Part shown: piece by piece, positions 1 to 13,300 of the stretch
Position numbering within the stretch: position 1 is the first letter of the stretch
Layout of the letters: every line of letters starts with the position of its first letter
Origin: Eledone cirrhosa
Lineage: Eukaryota
DNA length: 64,000 nt
Direction of reading: 5' to 3'
Assembly: GCA_964016885.1 (NCBI GenBank)
Contig: OZ024743.1
Location: 231,136,001-231,200,000 of the forward strand
Notes under the pieces: generated by a model
What the model saw: only the letters and a program-made list of their open reading frames with translations
Told to the model about the DNA's origin: nothing
The model's database searches: none
Translations under genes and position numbers: made by a program

Positions 1-1077
1 TTCCTCGGCGGTGATCAGGTGTGGTCGCCGTTTGCTAGACGCGTGTTTCCCCAGCTCGTTTCCTTGACGGAGCTGCAGTCCTGGGTCAAGCGAAGACCGA
101 GAGGGAGCGCCTGGAGACTGGAATGTCTTCAGGCGCTCACAGCCCTCGACCAATCGGGCAATGTGATCGGTGGAAACTCCACCTCGGCGTTCTATAGAGG
201 ATTAGTGGAGGGGAAGAGCGACGACGTACTTGGGGAAACTCTAGGCGTCGACGAAAATCAACTAGCCAATCTCTTCGGAAGAACTTTCGGGCCAGGGCCT
301 ATGGACAACTTCCAGAAATCTCTGGCCTGGCAGTGCTACCGAGGAGCCTTGCCAGTTCGGGATAAACTCTACAGGCATGGAGGTGCCGTCAGCCGGGCAT
401 GTCCGAGATGCGCGCAGGGCGACGAAACCGTCCTGCACGCACTCGTCCAGTGTCCGAAAATTGCTGACTTGTGGGTTTATGTCGAACACCTGCTGTCGCG
501 TTTAGGACGGATCCAGCTATCATCTGAGTCTATCGTGAGGATTGCCCCGCCCTCCTCCTTTAGCCGGGAAGGGCAGGCAGTTTTTATCTGTCTGGTGGCC
601 ATGGCGAAAGAGATAGTATGGTGGACACGTTTGAAAGGGCTGAAGACGAGCACTTACCTCTTCGGTGATGCTCTGATTGACTTTTTCAAATTTCATTTGA
701 AAAGGAAAATCAGAGTAGAGAAGGAAGTGCTCTCTTCCCAGCATTTTGTTGAAAGATGGGTGAGAGAAGCAAGAATGGCCCGAGTGAATGGGCCGACTCT
801 GAGTATATATCTCTAAACTAAAGGTGGAAAACTGGGAGAGGGCACTTGCCTTGGTGGTCAGGGTCATTGTGGCTTTTTACTGGGCTTTCTCCACAAATGT
901 CCCTCCGAAGTCTCCCCCCTATTGGGGAATTTTTCATTGTTATTTTCATTGTTATTTTTGTTACATCCTCTGTTTTTGTTTTTTTTACACGCAGAAATGC
1001 CCATTTGTACCGTCCTGCATTGTCCTGCACTGTCCTTAATGTCTACTTTATGTAAACCCTTGTGGTTAATAAAGAAA

Positions 1078-1121
<44 letters not shown>

Positions 1122-1135
1122 ATTATTATTATTAT
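1..1135 (+). mobile_element. Tx1/L1-clade LINE 3' fragment: ORF2 C-terminus (zf-RVT), 3' UTR, (TTA)n tail
   Basis: ORF 19..816 carries the zf-RVT motif CPRC...ETVLHALVQC. AATAAA at 1068-1073 is followed by (TTA)n. Nearly identical to 33210-33694. Confidence 0.9.
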
Positions 1136-1259
1136 CATTTTTGCAGTTGTTATTGATGTTTTTCTTCATTCACTCAACATTGAAAGCTTCCATGCCTTGA
1201 AGAGAAATTCATAAATAGAGAGACAGAATAAAGAAAATTGTGACAAACTGACACATACA

Positions 1260-1267
<8 letters not shown>

Positions 1268-1301
<34 letters not shown>

Positions 1302-1302
1302 G

Positions 1303-1347
<45 letters not shown>

Positions 1348-1355
1348 GAGCGAGA

Positions 1356-1445
<90 letters not shown>

Positions 1446-1790
1446 TTGAGTCTGTGAGTGAGGTGGAGAAATACGAGGAGCGGGAGAGGATGAGAGATAG
1501 AGAAAGAGATACTAAAAGGAAAGCGAAATCAGAAAGAAGCAGATCGTGACACACAAACACTCGCAGACATGAGGTGAGAGGGTCTGGAAGAAGGAGAGAA
1601 AGACAAGGACAGAGTGCGAGAGGGGGAGCGATAGACGGGGTGGGAGAGCTATAGAGGAAGGGAGAGAGAGAAAGGGAGAGCTATAGAGGGAGGGAGAGAA
1701 AAAGCGATAGAGGGAGGGAGAGAGAGAGAGAGAGAGCGATAGAAGGGGTGAGATAGACAGCGATAGAGAAAGGGAGAGAGAGAGAGAATG
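1268..1790. repeat. (TA)n/(GA)n microsatellites and GA-rich low-complexity tract
   Basis: Directly visible. Confidence 0.95.
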
Positions 1791-2044
1791 CATGTGGGAG
1801 AAAGTTAGGGTAAGTGGTTGTTAGTGTCTGATGGAAATCTAATTAATTGTTGACACGTAACGGCCAATCCACTGTCGGATTTGAGAGTCCATCTTATATA
1901 CTGAAATAGTTTTTACTCTAAATGCGATTACTTTAGGCTGACTCTAAGTAGCTGGCTGGTCGTGTTCAGATCATACATGGATCTGGCTGTACAAAGGGAT
2001 CGCTTTTTGCCGGGATGCAGTTTATTTTATAATTGTAGGTATGC

Positions 2045-2078
<34 letters not shown>

Positions 2079-2079
2079 T

Positions 2080-2111
<32 letters not shown>

Positions 2112-2288
2112 ATATTAGCAGCAGTAGTAGCAGCAGCAGCGGTGGCAGTAGTGGTGCAATTGCTGCTATTGCGGGACGGCGAACTTGCGGTGGTATTTAT
2201 ATCAGGAGTATAAGTAGTATTAGAAGTAACATCAGCAGCATCAACAGCAGCAGGAGTAGCAGCAGCAAGAGCAGTAGTAGTAGTAGTG

Positions 2289-2347
<59 letters not shown>

Positions 2348-2384
2348 TGTTGCTGTTGTTGTTGTTGTTGTTGTCGTTGTTTTT

Positions 2385-2418
<34 letters not shown>

Positions 2419-2440
2419 CAGATGTTGTTGTTGTAGTAGA
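2045..2440. repeat. (GTA)n/(GCA)n/(GTT)n compound microsatellite
   Basis: Directly visible; source of the poly-V/poly-T pseudo-ORFs. Confidence 0.95.
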
Positions 2441-2804
2441 GAACATGTTTGTCTTCAATGTAGTTGTGACACTAGTGTAATGCAACTGGTTTCCCTGGCG
2501 GTGGTGATAGCTTTGTTGATCAAGTTACTGTGGTGGTGCTGCTGATGGTGATGATGATTGGGGATCATGGTTGTAGCGTTATTTTGATTGTATCGGTGGG
2601 GATGATTTGTTTGATGGGGATAATTGTTTGGGCGTTTATTAGTGATACACTCATGTGCCGATTACCATTTCGCTTAATCTGTCACCGATTTTTTTCATAA
2701 TGAAATTATGATTTGCGTAATGAAATTGCGAATTATAATCAATAGTTTTTCTAAAGACCCCAATGACCATGGTTATGCATCTGGAAAATTCCCCTCTGAT
2801 GCAC

Positions 2805-2995
2805 AAGCCAGGGCCGCTCTCCACACCACCGATGTTGTCCAAGGAGAAGGCAATGGCCAATAGAGCTTGGTACCAGTGACGTCGCAACACATTTCAACAG
2901 ATTAGAGACACAACGCATTACCCTGTCCGAGAATCTAACTCATAAACTCTCAATTGCAGGCCTAACGCTCAAACCACTAAGCCATGAACCTTCAC
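2805..2995 (-). mobile_element. Decayed tRNA-derived SINE
   Basis: Minus strand starts GTGAAGG..TGGCTTAGTGG (A box), then a degenerate B box GAGTTAGATTCTC. Confidence 0.55.
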
Positions 2996-3380
2996 ATATA
3001 AACAATAGTAGGTAACATACAATGATATTCACAATAGTTGGTAACATATATTATTCACAATCATAGAGCCTTTTAAAGGGATATGGAATTTGAATTATGT
3101 GCAATGAAAATATAATATAATTCCTGAAGTTAATAATATTTTCATACAAAAATGACCATATCACAACTAAAGCTGAAGAACGGGTGATTCAAAACAGCAT
3201 CTCTGAAGCCGACCACCACCAGTAATAGCAGCAACCACAATGCTATTAATACCACTTTAACACAACTGATATCCCGCTTCCTTTACTGCAGAAAATAGAC
3301 ATAGTAGACCAAACATAACGAATTTTAGAAATTAAAAACCTAAAATTAACAACGAAATTGATTAATTTTCCACTATACTG

Positions 3381-3521
<141 letters not shown>

Positions 3522-4084
3522 GCGTGTGTGTGTGTAGGTAAATGCATGTACGTATCTATATTTCTCTATATATACACACATATATATGTTTATATAAGTA
3601 TAAATATATATGTGTGCGTGTATGTTATCTACTCGATTCTACATAACACATACGTTTCTCGTAAACATGTTGGCGTCATATGGTTAGAATATGGTGGTTC
3701 ACTAGATTCATGGAGAAAAACACCAGAGAAGCTTATACTATGTAAACAAGTTAGTGTGACAGACTTAGCAAAAGCTTAAGCAACGTGAATACCGAAGGTA
3801 GCTATCGAATAACAGCAAAGCGGAAGATTATTTTAGAGTTAATTAAATTCCCAAACACCGTAATATTATACAACCTGAACAAACATTTTACCGCCTTGAA
3901 GTCATGCCGCTTAGAAAGTGTTAACATATTAATAAATCCCGCTCCCGCTTCAATACTATAATTTTTGCGGTTTCACAAGTATTTCAAGAAATTTAAATAT
4001 TGTAATGAGTTAATGTCATAGAAGTGTTTTTTTTTTTTTTTATAAATACTACTTTTACATATATATAACATGTTATAAACAATT

Positions 4085-4303
4085 ATGGTGATTGAATCCC
4101 GTCTAAACTACTTATTTGATATAGGCAGTATCGGTAGAGGGTCGAACGGCATGCTTTACAGCACAGAGTTACTGCTCGTTACAGTCTGAGTTCAAATCCC
4201 GCCGAGGTTAACTTTACCTTTCATCCTTACTGGGTCGATAAAATAAAGTACCAGAAATGCACTAGGATTATTGGTGGCCTTGTGCCAAAAGTAGAAAGAA
4301 TGA
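4085..4303 (+). mobile_element. SINE, same family as 50155-50340
   Basis: B box GAGTTCAAATCCC; core CCTTTCATCCTTA..GGGTCGATAAAATAAAG shared with the second copy. Confidence 0.75.
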
Positions 4304-4355
4304 TTTGATATATATATATACATATGGCGAAAGCAGGAGAGTACGTGGAGTACGT

Positions 4356-4402
4356 GGCTTTGATGAACGTCAGTCAATGTGAAGTGAAACAGACTGTCAG
4401 CT
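4356..4402 (+). ncRNA. Degenerate type I hammerhead ribozyme
   Basis: GGCT-TTGATGA-AC..GT-GAAA-CAGACTG-TC-AGCT; the core has C3>U. Confidence 0.5.
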
Positions 4403-4525
4403 TCTTTCCCTTCTTTCGCCGAAAAGAAGTAAGTGACATAGTCACTACTTAAAACTGATAGCGCATCGTCTTTTAAATGTTTTTAATTAAACATACGTTA
4501 TATTGCCAAATATACTATACATACA

Positions 4526-4554
<29 letters not shown>

Positions 4555-4558
<4 letters not shown>

Positions 4559-4748
4559 CGAAGGAAATGTGGTAAGGAACCAGGTGGATCATAAGGCACC
4601 AAAGTACTCAATACTTAGGGTAGTAGAGTGGGTAATAGGAACGAGTAGGACCCCGACGGCTGAGCTCAAGCCGTTTCGACAGCTAATTCTGGACTCTGAA
4701 TTAGCCGTCGAAACGGCTTGAGCTCAGCCGTCGGGGTCCTACTCGTTG

Positions 4749-4806
<58 letters not shown>

Positions 4807-4975
4807 AGGGGCGGACAGAACAAAGAGAATTGAAAAACAACAGAAAGACAGACATATATACAGAATATATATATTAGAAAATGTTTAAACATTTTCCTAT
4901 TACCTACTCTACAACCCTAAGTATTGAGTACTCTGGTGCGTTATGGTCCATCTGGTTCCTTACCACACATCCTTC

Positions 4976-4982
<7 letters not shown>
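4555..4982. repeat. Nested fold-back: outer IR 4555-4640/4893-4980 and inner 50 bp hairpin 4640-4747 containing a hammerhead 3' half
   Basis: Arms are reverse complements. The inner right arm reads GGACTCTGA..GAAA-CGGCT..AGCCG-TC-GGGGTCC. Flanked by (TA)n. Confidence 0.85.
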
Positions 4983-5036
<54 letters not shown>

Positions 5037-5197
5037 CCGTGCGGACGATATTTGTTCGCAAGATTACTGTATAGGAATAGGTGACACAATAGTTTTTTTT
5101 TAAAGATTTATTTATCAAACTTGGGTCAGTTTGTCTTCATGATTTGTTCTTTCGACCTCACTCGATATATTCGATATATATATATTAAATATATATA

Positions 5198-5276
<79 letters not shown>

Positions 5277-5320
5277 CATACACACATATATACATACACA
5301 CACACACACACACACACATG

Positions 5321-5385
<65 letters not shown>

Positions 5386-5447
5386 TGAAGTTTCCGTTGA
5401 AAATTGAAAAAGTCATAGGAGTGAAGAGTGCTCTATGTAAGTAATTT

Positions 5448-5916
5448 AATGTATAATAAACAATACAATATAATTACCTCATTACCAGAGGTTTCCCGAA
5501 TAAGACGAATAGAAGAAACGTCCTTATTTGTTCGTCGGTCAAGGCAATTTAAAACATTGTGAAATATTTGAAAAATCTCCTCAAGAAAGACAAAAGTTTA
5601 ACGGGCAAAAAAATATATAGATAAAAGTAATGCAAGAGATAAGGAAATATAGTTAGGGTATGTGTATAAATGTGTGTATATTCAGTCACAAATTTGCATA
5701 GCTGTGTATGTACAAATGTATGTGTATAGTGAAAAAATGTGTGCATAAGTACATATATGAGGGCAAGCATATCAGTGTATGTGTGACCACAAATACGTAT
5801 ATAATACATGTTGAAAAAGAAATTGTATGTGCGAGTGTGTGTGTATATGTGTGTGTGTATGTGTGTTTTTATATCTATGTTTTTTACATAATTATATATA
5901 TGTGTGTGTGTGTATA

Positions 5917-5968
<52 letters not shown>

Positions 5969-6848
5969 TATGTGTGTGTATGTATATGTTTAGATATATA
6001 TAGATATATATAGTCGCGTGTGTGCGTGTGATTAGATGTACATATACGTATATTTATATGTGCTTCGTGTGTATGTGTGTATGCGCGCCTTTGTATGTGT
6101 GTACGCATGTATGTGCTTTTGTCTGTACGTATTTATATATATATGTATTTATATGTGTAAGTACGAACCTGTGTATGTTTTCTATTTTTCTAGTGTTACT
6201 TTATAATTGATAACCCCTCCCTCTTACTTTCTCTTTGATTTAAATTTTTTATTCTCAAATATTTTTCATTTTTTCATTTTTATATATGCATCGATCTTCA
6301 GCCTGACACTGCTTTCACTGATACACTCCCTTCCCTGTATATATCACTCGCATGTATGTGGTTGCGCGTGTGTGTTTATACGCGTGCTTTCATACTTGTA
6401 TGTGTATATATTTCAATCCTTAGTACCTGAGACTGGATATACGTTAACTCTATTATCTGACAATTTCTTTTTCAACATATATTATATACGTATTTGTGGT
6501 CACACATACACTGATATGCTTGCCCTCATATATGTACTTATGCACACATTTTTTCACTATACACATACATTTGTACATACACACATATGTACATTTGTGA
6601 GTGAATATACACACATTTATACACATACCCTAACTATATTTCCTTATTTTATTTTTGTATATCTCTTGCATTACTTTTATTTATATATTTTTTTGCCCGT
6701 TAAAGATTTGCCTTTCTTGATGTGATTTTTCAAATATTTCACTGTTTTAAATTACCTTGTCCGACGAACGAATGAGGACGTTTCTTGTATTCGTCTTACT
6801 CGGGAAACCTCTGGTAATGAGGTAATTATATTGTATTGTTTATTATAC

Positions 6849-6851
<3 letters not shown>
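5448..6851. repeat. Long inverted repeat with ~380-390 bp arms (5448-5826 / 6459-6851)
   Basis: Arms are reverse complements with substitutions and an indel; ORFs 5549- and 6207+ share the peptide YYIRICGHTYTDMLALIY. Confidence 0.9.
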
Positions 6852-6908
<57 letters not shown>

Positions 6909-6914
6909 TTGAAA

Positions 6915-7023
6915 TAAAATGAAAACGAAATTTCATTTCTCACTCCTAGTACGGCACTTACTTAAATGTAAGTATGTGTGTATACGTACATACATATATG
7001 TATACAGACGTACAGTAGCATGC

Positions 7024-7030
<7 letters not shown>
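6915..7030. repeat. Dispersed fragment of the 44078-45218 repeat family
   Basis: AACGAAATTTCATTTCTCACTC.TAGTACGGC..TACTTAAA also occurs at 44085 and 44518. Confidence 0.8.
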
Positions 7031-7083
<53 letters not shown>

Positions 7084-7102
7084 TACATACAGGTATACAT
7101 AT

Positions 7103-7302
7103 NNNNNNNNNNNNNNNNNNNNNNNNNNNNNNNNNNNNNNNNNNNNNNNNNNNNNNNNNNNNNNNNNNNNNNNNNNNNNNNNNNNNNNNNNNNNNNNNNN
7201 NNNNNNNNNNNNNNNNNNNNNNNNNNNNNNNNNNNNNNNNNNNNNNNNNNNNNNNNNNNNNNNNNNNNNNNNNNNNNNNNNNNNNNNNNNNNNNNNNNNN
7301 NN
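7103..7302. other. Assembly gap (200 N)
   Basis: Run of N. Confidence 1.
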
Positions 7303-10300
7303 TCTTGTTGTTGTTGTTGATAGTCTTGTTGTTGTTGTTGTTGATGTTCTTGTTATCGTTGTCGTTGATGGTAATGTTGTTGTTGTTGATGATCTTGCTG
7401 TTGTTGTTGTTGATGGTCTTGCTGTTGTTGTTGTTGATGGTCTTGCTGTTGTTGTTGTTGATGGTCTTGTTGTTGTTGTTGATAATCTTGTTGTCGTTGA
7501 TGATGGTCTTGTTGCTGTTATTGTTGATGAATTTGTTATCATTGTTGTTGATGGTCTTGTTGTTGTTGTTGTTGTTGATGGTCTTGCTGTTGTTGTTGTT
7601 GATGGTCTTGCTGTTGTTGTTGTTGATAGTCTTGTTGTTGTTGTTGTTGTTGTTGGTCTTGCTGTTGTAGTTGTTGATGGTCTTTTTGTTGTTGTTGTTG
7701 ATTGTATTGTTGTTATCGTTGTTGTTGATGGTCTTGTTGTTGTTATTGATGGTCTTGTTGTTGTTGTTGTTGATGGTCTTGTTGTTGTTGATGGTCTTGG
7801 TATCGTTGTTGTTGATGGTCTTGTTGTTGTTGTTGATGGTCTTGTTGTTGTTGTTGTTGATGGTCTTGTTATCGTTGTTCTTGATGGTATTGTTGTTGTT
7901 GCTGATTGTATTGTTGTTATCGTTGTTGTTGATGGTCTTGTTGTTGTTATTGATGGTCTGGTTGTTGTTGTTGTTGATGGTATTGCTGTTGTTGTTGTCG
8001 ATGGTCTTCTGTTGTTGTTGTTGATGGTCTTGTTGTTGTTGTTGTTGATGGTGTTGTTGTTGTTGTTGTTGACGATATTTTGTGCTGTTTTTGATGACGG
8101 TTTTGTTGTTGTTGTTGTTGATGCTCTTGTTGATGTTGATGATCTTGTTGTTGTTGATGGTCTTGTTGGTCTTGCTGTTGTTGTTGCGAATGGTCCTGTT
8201 GTTGTTGTTGTTGATGGTCGTGTTGTTGTTGTTGATGGTCTTGTTGTTGTTGTTGTTTATGGTCTTGCTGTTGTTGTTTTTGATGGTCTTGTTTTTGTTG
8301 TTGTTGATGGTCGTGTTTTTGTTGTTGATGGTCTTGTTGTTGTTGTTGTTGATGGTCTTGCTGTGGTTGTTGTTGATGGTCTTGTTGTTGTTGTTGTTGA
8401 TGGTCGTGTTGTTGTTGTTGATGGTCTTGTTGTTGTTGTTGTTTATGGTCTTGCTGTTGTTGTTTTTGATGGTCTTGTTGTTGATGTTGTTGATGGTCGT
8501 GTTGTTGTTGTTGATGGTCTTGTTGTTGTTGTTGTTGATGGTCGTGTTGTTGTTGTTGATGGTCTTGTTGTTGTTGTTGTTGATGGCATTGTTGTTGTTG
8601 TTGATGGTCTTGTTGTTGTTGTTGTTGTTGATGGTCTTGCTTTTGTTGTTGATTGTCTTGTTGTTGTTGTTGTTGATGGTCTTGTTGTTGTAGTTGTTGA
8701 TGGTCTTGTTGTTGTTGTTGATGGTCTTGCTGTTGTTGTTGTTGTTGGTCTTGCTGTTGTAGTTGTTGATGGTCTTGTTGTTGTTGTTGATGGTCTTACT
8801 GTTGTTGTCGATTGTCTCGTTGTTGTTGTTGTTGATGGTCTTGTTGTTGTTGTTGTTGATTGTCTTCTTGTTGTTGTTGATGGTATTGTTGTTGTTGTTG
8901 ATATTATTGTTGTTGTTGTTGATAGTCTTGTTGTTGTTGTTGTTGATGGTCTTGTTGCTGTTGTTGATTCTCTTGTTGTTGTTGTTGTTGATGGTCTTGA
9001 TGTTGTTGTTGTTGATGGTCTTGTTGTTGTTGTCGATTGTCTTGTTGTTCTTGTTGATTGTCTCGTTGTTGTTGTCGTTGATGGTCTTGTTGTTGTTGTT
9101 GAGGGCATTGTTGTTGTTGTTGAAAATCTTGTTGTTGTTGTTGTTGATGCTCTTGTTGCTGTTGTTGATTGTCTTGTTGTTCTTGTTGTTGATGGTCTTG
9201 CAGTTGTTGTTGATGGTCTTGTTGTTGTTGTTGTTGATGCTCTTGTTATAGTTATTGTTGATGGTCTTGTTGTTGTTGTTGATGATCTTGTTGTTGTTGT
9301 TGATGGTATTCTGTTGTTCTTGTTGATGGTCTTGTTGTTGTTGTTGTTGATGGTCTTATTGTTGTTGTTGTTGAATGTCTTGTTATTGTTGTTGTTGATG
9401 GTCTTGTTGTTGTTGATGATGATCTTGTTGTTGTTGTTGTTGATGGTCTTGATGTTGTTGTTGATGGTCTTTTTTTGTTGTTGATTGTCTTGTTGTTGTT
9501 GTTGTTGTTGATGGTATTGTTGTTGTTGTTGATAGTATTGTTGTTGTTGTTGATTGTCTTGTTGTTGTTGTTGTTGATGGTCTTGATGTTGTTGTTGTCG
9601 ATGGTCTTGTTGTTGTTGATGGTCTTGTTGTTGTTGTTGATTGTTTTTGTTGTTCTTGTTGATTGTCTTGTTGTTGTTGTTGTTGATGGTCTTGTTGTTG
9701 TTGTTGATAGTATTATTGTTGTTGTTGAATGTCTTGTTGTTGTTGTTGATGGTCTTGTTGCTGTTGTTGATTGTCTTGTTGTTCCTGTTGTTGATGGTCT
9801 TGCAGTTGTTGTTGATGGTCTTGTTGTTGTTGTTGTTGATGCTCTTGTTATAGTTGTTGTTCATGGTCTTGTTGTTGTTGTTGATGGTATTGCCGTCGTT
9901 GTTGTTGATGGTCTTGTTATCGTTGTTGTTGATGGTCTTGTTGTTGTTGTTGATGGTATTGTTGTTGTTGTTGTTGATGGTCTTGCTGTTGTTGTTGTTG
10001 ATGGTCTTGCTGTTGTTGTTGTTCATGTTCCTGTTGTTGTTGTTGTTGATGGTCTTGCTGTTGTTGTTGTTGATAGCCTTGTTGTTGTTGTTGTTGATGG
10101 TCTTGCTGTTGTTGTTGTTGATGGTCCTGTTGTTGTTGTTGTTGATGGTTGTGTTGTTGTTGTTGATGGTCTTGTTGTTGTTGTTGTTGATGATCTTGCT
10201 GTCGTTGTTGATGGTCTTGTTGTTGTTATTGTTGTTGATGGCCTTGCTGTTGTTGTTGTTGATGGTCCTGTTGTTGTTGTTGATGGTCTTGCTGTTGTTG

Positions 10301-13300
10301 TATTTGATGGTCTTTTTGTTGTTGTTGTTGATGGTCGTGTTATCGTTGTTGTTGATGGTCTTGTTATTGTTGTTGATAGTCTTGTTGTTGTTGTTGTTGA
10401 TGTTCTTGTTATCGTTGTTGTTGATGGTATTGTTGTTGTTGTTGTTGATGGTCTTGCTGTTGTTGTTGTTGATGGTCTTGTTGTTGTTGTTGTTGATGGT
10501 CTTGCTGTTGTTGTATTTGATGGTCTTGTTGTTGTTGTTGTTGATGGTCGTGTTGTTGTTGTTGAGGGTTTTGTTGTTGTTATTGTTGTTGATGGTATTG
10601 TTGTTGTTGTTGATGGTATTGTTGTTGTTGTTGTTGTTGATGGTCTTGCTGTTGTTGTTGATTGTCTTGTTGTTGTTGTTGTTGATGGTCTTGTTGTTGT
10701 AGTTGTTGATGGTCTTGTTGTGTTGTTGACGGTCTTGCTGTTGTTGTTGTTGATGGTCTTGCTGTTGTAGTTGTTGATGGTCTTGTTGTTGTTGACGGTC
10801 TTGCTGTTGTTGTTGATTGTATTTTTGTTGTTGTTGTTGATGGTCTTGTTGTTGTTGTTGATAGTATTGTTGTTGTTGTTGATAGTCTTGTTGTTGTTGT
10901 TGTTGATGGTCTTGTTGCTGTTGTTGATTGACTTGTTGTTGTTGATGATCTTGATGTTGTTGTTGTTGATGGTCTTGTTGTTGTTGTTGATTGTCTTGTT
11001 GTTCTTGTTGATTGTCTTGTTATTGTTGTCGTTGATGGTCTTGTTGTTGTTGTTGATAGTATTGTTGTTGTTGTTGAAAGTCTTGTTGTTGTTGTTGATG
11101 GTCTTGTTGCTGTTGTTGATTGTCTTGTTGTTCTTGTTGTTGATGGTATTGCAGTTGTTGTTGATGGTCTTGTTGTTGTTGTTGTTGATGCTCTTGTTAT
11201 AGTTGTTGATGGCCTTGTTGTTGTTGTTGTTGATGGTATTCTGTTGTTCTTGTTGATGGTCTTGTTGTTGTTGATGGTATTGCTGTCGTTGTTGATGGTC
11301 TTGTTGTTGTTATTGTTGATGATCTTGTTATCATTGTTGTTGATGGTCTTGTTGTTGTTGTTGATGCTATTGTTGTTGTTGTTGATGGTCTTGCTGCTGT
11401 TGTTGGTGATGGTCTTGCTGTTGTTGTTGTTGATGGTCTTGTTGTTGTTGTTGTTGATGGTCTTGTTGTTGTTGTTGATGGTCTTGTTGTTGTTGTTTTT
11501 GATGGTCTTGTTGTTGTTATTGTTGATGGTCTTGTTGTTATCGTTGTTGTTGATGGTCTTGTTGTTGTTGTTGATGGTCTTGTTGTTGTTGTTGATGGTC
11601 TTGTTATCGTTTTTGTTGATGGTATTGTTGTTGTTGATTGTCTTGTTGTTATTCTTGATGGTCTTGTTATCGTTGTTGTTGATGGTATTGTTGTTGTTGA
11701 TTGTCTTGTTGTTATCGTTGTTGTTGATGGTCTTGTTGTTGTTATTGATGGTCTTGTTGTTGTTGTTGATGGTCTTGTTGTTGTTGTTGTTGATGGTCTT
11801 GTTATCGTTGTTGTTGATGGTATTGTTGTTGTTGATTGTCTTGTTGTTATTGTTGATGGTCTTGTTATCGTTGTTGTTGATGGTATTGTTGTTGTTGATT
11901 GTCTTGTTGTTATCGTTGTTGCTGATGGTTTTGTTGTTGTTATTGATGGTATTGTTGTTGTTGTTGATGGTCTTGTTGTTGTTGTTGATGGTATTGCTGT
12001 TGTTGTTGTTGATTGTCTGCTGTTTTTGTTGTCGATGGTCTTCGTTTGTTGTTGTTGATGGTCTTGTTGTTGTTGTTGATGGTCTTTTTTGTTGTTTATT
12101 GTATTGTTGTTGTTGTTGTAGTTGTTGTTGATGTTCTTTTTGATGTTGATGGTCTAGGTGTTGTTGTTGTTGATGGTCCTGTTGTTGTTGTTGATGGTCT
12201 TTTTGTTGTTGTTGACCGTCTTGTTGTTGTTGTTATTGATGCTCTTGATATTGTTGTTGTTGATGGTCTCGTTGTTGTTGTTGATGGCCTTGCTGTAGTT
12301 GTTGATGGTGTTTTTGTTGTTGTTGTTGATGGTCATGCTGTTGTTATGTTGATGGTCTTGGTGTTGTTGTTGTTGATAGTCTTGGTGTTGTTGTTGTTGA
12401 TGGTCTTGTTATTGTTGTTGATGGTCTTGTTGTTGTTGTTGTTGATGTTGTTGATGATCTTGTTGTTGTTGTTGTTGATGGTCTTGTTATCGTTGTTGTT
12501 GATGGTCTTGTTGTTGTTGATGGTCTTGCTGTTGTTGTTGATGGTCTTGCTGTTGTTGTTGTTGATGGTCTTGCTGTTGTTGTTGTTGATGGTCTTGTTG
12601 TTGTTGTTGATGGTCTTGTTGTTGTTGTTGTTGATAGTTTTGGTGTTGTTGTTGTTGATGGTCTTGTTGTTGTTGTTGTTGATGGTCTTATTGTTGTTGT
12701 TGTTGTGTGTCTTGTTGTTGTTGTTGTTGATGTTTTTGTTGTTGTTCTTGTTGATGATTTGTTGTTGCTGTTGTTGATGATCTTATTATTGTTGTTGTTG
12801 ATGGTGTTGTTGTTGTTGTTGTTGATGGTCTTGTTATCGTTGTTGTTCATGGTCTTGTTGTTATTGTTGCTGATGATCTTGCTATTGTTTTTGTTGAAGG
12901 TCTTGCTGTTGTTGTTGATGTTCTTGGCGTTGTTGTTGTTGATGGTCTTGGTGTTATTGTTGTTGAGTGTCTTGTTCTTGTTGTTGTTGATGGTCTTTTT
13001 GTTGTTGTTGATGATATTGTTGTTGTTGTTTATGATCTTTTTTTGTTGTTGATTGTCTTGTTATTGTTGTTGATGTTCTTTTTGATGTCATTGTTGATGG
13101 TCTAGCTGTTGTTGTTGTTGATGTTCTTTTTGTTGTTGTTGATTTTCTTGTTGTTGTTGTTGTTGATGGTTTTGTTATTGTTGTTGTTGATGCTCTTGAT
13201 GTTGTTGTTGTTGATGGAATTGGTGTTGTTGTTGTTGTTGATGGTGTTTTTGTTGTTGTTTATGATGGTTTTGCTGCTGTTGTTGTTGTTGATGGTCTTG

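Noticed and set aside
4189-4201. tRNA gene at the B boxes (also 50229)
   Set aside because: No cloverleaf; these are SINE heads
5490-5546. Hammerhead in the 380-bp IR
   Set aside because: GAAACG..CGTC is present, but there is no CUGANGA core
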